Assembly: GCA_950097015.1 (NCBI GenBank) | Contig: CATNEN010000038.1 | Span: 28,396,001-28,460,000, forward strand | Length of the DNA stretch: 64,000 nucleotides | Direction of reading: 5' to 3' | Source: Macrostomum hystrix | Taxonomy: Eukaryota > Animalia > Platyhelminthes | In this document: piece after piece, positions 60,104-64,000 of the stretch | Numbering within the stretch: position 1 is the stretch's first letter | Layout: the number at the start of each line of letters is the position of its first letter | Translations under genes and position numbers: made by a program | Notes under the pieces: model-generated | Seen by the model: the letters and a program-made list of their open reading frames with translations, nothing else | Told to the model about the DNA's origin: nothing | Databases searched by the model: none

Positions 60104-61589
60104 TATTGGTGCGGAGCGCGGAAAAAGATTCGCCGCTCCAGTTAGTTAGAGACTCACTTTGAGCTCCGTTTAGAAAATCATTGTGTTTGCGTTCTTTCTT
60201 AAGTAGAATCAGTGATAACGATCTAGAGATATCACCACTGCCAGCCGGTATACTGAGTATCGATAGTCGTTAGGAGTTATAGCCTTCAAGACTTTTAGAC
60301 TGCAATAAACCGCTAGACAAAGTATAGGAAAACTACGAGTGAAGAAGAAGAGGAACACCAAACTTGAAGCGCTATACGTGGTTCCCAGACCTACGAGTCA
60401 TCTAGTAAGCAGTCTACAATTTTCAACCTGACGACATCGACCAGTAATGGCTGAGTAATTTCCGACGGTGGAGGAAGGAACGCGGAAGGCCAGGATGAGT
60501 GCTGTCATACAATTGTTTCTCTACTAAGTATATTACATCGTGTCGTAAGAGGACATGTGCGTTTTTTATTGGAAAATTTAACAAAAAAATTGACAAAACT
60601 ATTAAAAATGAACAAAAAAAGTAGAGTAGATTTGTACAAAGCTATACGGTATGATTTTCCTTAGTAGAGAAATATTTAGCGGCTGGTGAAACAAGTCACC
60701 AAGGCCGCGCATCAATAGCGAGGGGCTACCAGGAAGTTGTTTAAATAGGACTATAGTCGAACTATTATAAAAGGTGTACTCATTTAAAGAATTCAGGCAG
60801 CGCTGACCAGCATTACCACATATTAAAGCTTAGGCTCTAAAAAGGAGCTTTCGCAGGAGCCGGCCGACTCATCACAGGTAAAGGACCTGTCAAATGATAT
60901 GCAGCATTAAAAGTACACCGTATAGGGCTTTTCATTATTATAGCGCGCTTCAATAGGCTCAGTAGGATAGTAGACCTTCTGAGGGGAGTTCATACTCTTG
61001 GCACTAAGGACTGCGCGGACACAGAGGGGGGAAGAACTCACTTAGGCTCTGTACACTGCGTCTATCTGACTCCGCTCTCCAGCAAACGCGACAGCCCGCC
61101 CATAGCGCTGTTGATCTACTACAAGGCGTGTTAGGGTAAGTATTTGTGCCCCAACCTAGGTAGCCAGTCCAGGAGACAACCTCGAGGCATTTCTGAATAA
61201 AATTGAAATGCATAGCCCAACTAGCCAATAAGGCAGAAAGCGGAAAACGCTTAATCATTAAAAGTGCATGTATATAAAAGGCTGCAACCATATTACTTAA
61301 CGATTACTTAATGACTTTGCGACATGCGAGACAAAATGCACTCACTCATTTGTATAAAGCAGGAAAATTTACATATTGACAGCACCACCTGGCCGGAAAC
61401 GTATCCGATACCTCTACCCCTTTTCTCATATTTGAATTTCACTTAAACCTTTTGTGAGATCTCAAGATAAATCAGAGCACACACTGACAAGATATTTTGC
61501 TGAAGTCAAGCTGATTAAATACGCATCACTTACATTCATATCATTTGCGGCCAACTCCGCAAAGAACCAATAGACCGGAATATCAGTAT

Positions 61590-64000
61590 ATGAATAACGG
61601 AGATCTAAACCAAGACATTCAAACAGGTACTAACAGAACTCCAGAACCCGGAGACGCCGATCAGCAACAACTGCCACACGACCAGTTAGATCAGCCAGAA
61701 GACCACAACGACGAGTGGGAAAACAACAACGAGCATTCATCAGACTCGGAAAACGAGGACAACGCAATGGAAGATCTCCAGAACCAAGTCCGGGAACTAC
61801 AGCAGCGTCTCGCCATGGCACACGGCAGGGACCTACCAGCCATTGTCCAGGCTCTAAAACTGTCGGCAGGAGACTACGAAATGGGACAGCCATTTGTCAA
61901 ATGGCTGACTGAGTTCGAACTACAAACAGCGACATATGGCCTAACCGACGAAGAGAAGTGTCGATTACTACCACTCATGCTGCGCCCTAACGCCCGTAAT
62001 CAATACACGGGACTCCCACAAGCTGTCCGAGAAGACTACGGACAGGTGAGAACACAACTCCGAGAGCTGTATGACACCAGAGCGATGGACCGACCCACGG
62101 CAGTACTCCAACTCTCCATGAGGAGGATGCACCCAGGAGAGGATGTTAACAAGTTCATCGCCGACATCACACAACTAGTCGAGAACTCAGTGTTCCAAGA
62201 ACCAGCGCCGGAGGGTGAGAATGAGAACGACAGAGGCGCAAGAATCAACCGCAACAAACGCATAGTCCAAGACCACATCATGCTGCACGTACAACAGAAT
62301 GCCACACCGGCATTGCGACTATATCTAGCCAGAGGACGTTACCAGACAGTACCGGAGATGGTGCGTGAAGCACTTCAATGGCAAGCACTGCGAGAGCTGG
62401 AACACGACTCCAACGACGTACACAAACTGACAGCCATGGTAGCCCAGATGGAGACCACGATCAGGCAAGCGGGTAAGCACTTCCAGGAGCGAGGCCAACA
62501 GCCACAGAAGGAAGATGCAACTAAGTACCCAGATGGCAATCCGAGGCCAACCTGCCAGATCTGCGACAAGATAGGCCACACAGCCAACAGGTGCTACCAA
62601 AGGAACCAGAACACCGGTAACCGGAATATCGGTAAGAGTACCGGGGGCCAAGTGCAGTCACGGGGCAGACAAGATCGAAGTAACGTTAAATGCAACAAAT
62701 GCGGAAAGAGAGGCCACTTTGCAAAAGAGTGCAGAGACCAGCGATATTGCAAGAACTGCAATATGCAGAACCATTGGACATCGGAATGCGGCAGACCACG
62801 CCAGGGTGATCAAGGACGGCATCCGCAGCAATGGCAGCAGCCAAAGCGGATCGCCGAAGTCACGGTCCAGGACCCCAGTCCGCAGCCAGCCCAACTGGCG
62901 AGTGAGTCTAGCCAGACAGCACACATCTTGGCAGTCAGCACGTGGGAAGCGACAACGCCGACAAGGACAAGAAGCGACGTCATACAAGCAAGACGACAGA
63001 ACAGGAAGAACAAGACGGCGACAATCGCCCTAGTTCAGACCGCTCCACAGCTCGAAGGACGAAAGCGAGAGCAGAGGGCTAGAAAGGCTAGTGATGGCTG
63101 GAAGGCACCAGCCGGACCGATATGCGCACTCCTGCTAAAAATACTACTCCTCGCATTGCTCTGTACCACGGCGGAGACGATAAACCCAAGACACCAGAAC
63201 TGGGTGGACACACCGATGTACTGCCCGGAGCCCTCCAGGCCACAGATCTTCAAGCTGCCACCGGACATCGAGTGCAAGATGCCTAGCAGCATACAGCAGC
63301 ACCGACAGCCGATCAACCTGGCAATCTTTAGACCAAACCAGGTCACTCACCGATCAACACTCAAGATCTGTTACCGAGAAACGTATGTCTTCACCAGCGT
63401 AGCATTAAAAACGATTGCCGCTAAAGTGGTAAGACCAGAAATGACTGTTACGGTCCAGAAACATCTAGTTTCAGAGGAAGATTGTGAGTCCTGGGAGGAA
63501 GGTTACCGAACTCCAGATGGCATCCTTGAAGAAGATGGGAAAGCCCCGAACAAAGCTGAACGTTTCACTACTCACATCTGGACAACAGAGGAATTCGACC
63601 CAACGGCTAGTACCCAAACTAGATATACGAAATCCGCGTCCACGCTGATAACGAAAATTCCGTTCTTCGTGGAGAATAAGAAAATGTCATCGCTGTATAT
63701 CCCACTAGGACATTGCAATTACACCATAGGAAAATGTCTTCACGAGTCCACTCTACAGGCCGAGAAGGATGCGCCGCTGGAGAGACAAGTACCCAATAAA
63801 TTATGGGAAGCTCTGAGATACTACGACACACAATTCAAGGTCGCTGGAGAACGCCAGTACAGATATGCCTGGACACCCAGCGCCGCAATTGACTGCCCGT
63901 ACCAGGAAGACAGGCGAATTGAAGGAACCATACACACAGGATGGTTCATGTCCAAGGACGCTACCTACGCTTTGACTTTTAAACACCCACCACACTCAAT
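61590..64000 (+). CDS. gag-env: Retrotransposon Gag fused in frame to an envelope-like glycoprotein (ORF open to window end, at least 803 aa)
   Basis: Hand translation from ATG 61590 finds no stop before 64000. Capsid-like region (FVKWLTEFE...DYGQVRTQLRELY, RMHPGEDVNKFI), three CX2CX4HX4C knuckles (62553-62789), a basic stretch, a hydrophobic signal ICALLLKILLLALLCTTAET (63120-63179), then a Cys-rich ectodomain-like region with an N-Y-T sequon (63717). Confidence 0.85.
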   Translation, partial: MNNGDLNQDIQTGTNRTPEPGDADQQQLPHDQLDQPEDHNDEWENNNEHSSDSENEDNAMEDLQNQVRELQQRLAMAHGRDLPAIVQALKLSAGDYEMGQPFVKWLTEFELQTATYGLTDEEKCRLLPLMLRPNARNQYTGLPQAVREDYGQVRTQLRELYDTRAMDRPTAVLQLSMRRMHPGEDVNKFIADITQLVENSVFQEPAPEGENENDRGARINRNKRIVQDHIMLHVQQNATPALRLYLARGRYQTVPEMVREALQWQALRELEHDSNDVHKLTAMVAQMETTIRQAGKHFQERGQQPQKEDATKYPDGNPRPTCQICDKIGHTANRCYQRNQNTGNRNIGKSTGGQVQSRGRQDRSNVKCNKCGKRGHFAKECRDQRYCKNCNMQNHWTSECGRPRQGDQGRHPQQWQQPKRIAEVTVQDPSPQPAQLASESSQTAHILAVSTWEATTPTRTRSDVIQARRQNRKNKTATIALVQTAPQLEGRKREQRARKASDGWKAPAGPICALLLKILLLALLCTTAETINPRHQNWVDTPMYCPEPSRPQIFKLPPDIECKMPSSIQQHRQPINLAIFRPNQVTHRSTLKICYRETYVFTSVALKTIAAKVVRPEMTVTVQKHLVSEEDCESWEEGYRTPDGILEEDGKAPNKAERFTTHIWTTEEFDPTASTQTRYTKSASTLITKIPFFVENKKMSSLYIPLGHCNYTIGKCLHESTLQAEKDAPLERQVPNKLWEALRYYDTQFKVAGERQYRYAWTPSAAIDCPYQEDRRIEGTIHTGWFMSKDATYALTFKHPPHS

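Noticed and set aside
60541-61324. Possible solo LTR (TGTCG...CGACA) inside the gag-env leader
   Set aside because: There is no target-site duplication, and the 5-bp inverted ends could be chance.
61630-63995. Short ORFs listed in the track on both strands in this region
   Set aside because: They are shadow frames of the long gag-env ORF starting at 61590 and carry no pol motifs.

Overview
Eukaryotic (metazoan) genomic DNA with GT-AG spliceosomal introns, polyQ/polyA-rich GC-rich exons and introns packed with minisatellites. The style suggests a free-living flatworm such as Macrostomum (inference, not demonstrable here). Three spliced host genes lie on the minus strand: an unidentified coiled-coil protein (2250-7073), CNOT3/Not3 (26415-32636) and afadin/canoe (35736-55176). 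There is also a 91-aa MGCCC/PxIxIT microprotein ORF and a five-member cluster of small secreted cysteine-rich peptide genes (10-25.6 kb), two of which are missing from the ORF track. Mobile DNA includes a Penelope GIY-YIG remnant, a triple nest of mariner > P-like > Tc1/IS630 elements, a solo LTR, RNase H-bearing and RTE-like LINE remnants, several MITEs and two tRNA-derived SINE families. The most striking feature is also absent from the ORF track because it runs off the window end. It is an uninterrupted ORF (61590 to >64000, at least 803 codons) in which a retrotransposon Gag (capsid plus three CCHC knuckles) continues in frame, with no protease/RT/integrase in between, into an internal signal peptide and a cysteine-rich envelope-like glycoprotein resembling class III viral fusogens. 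All coordinates, splice models and translations were worked out by hand. No database searches were run.
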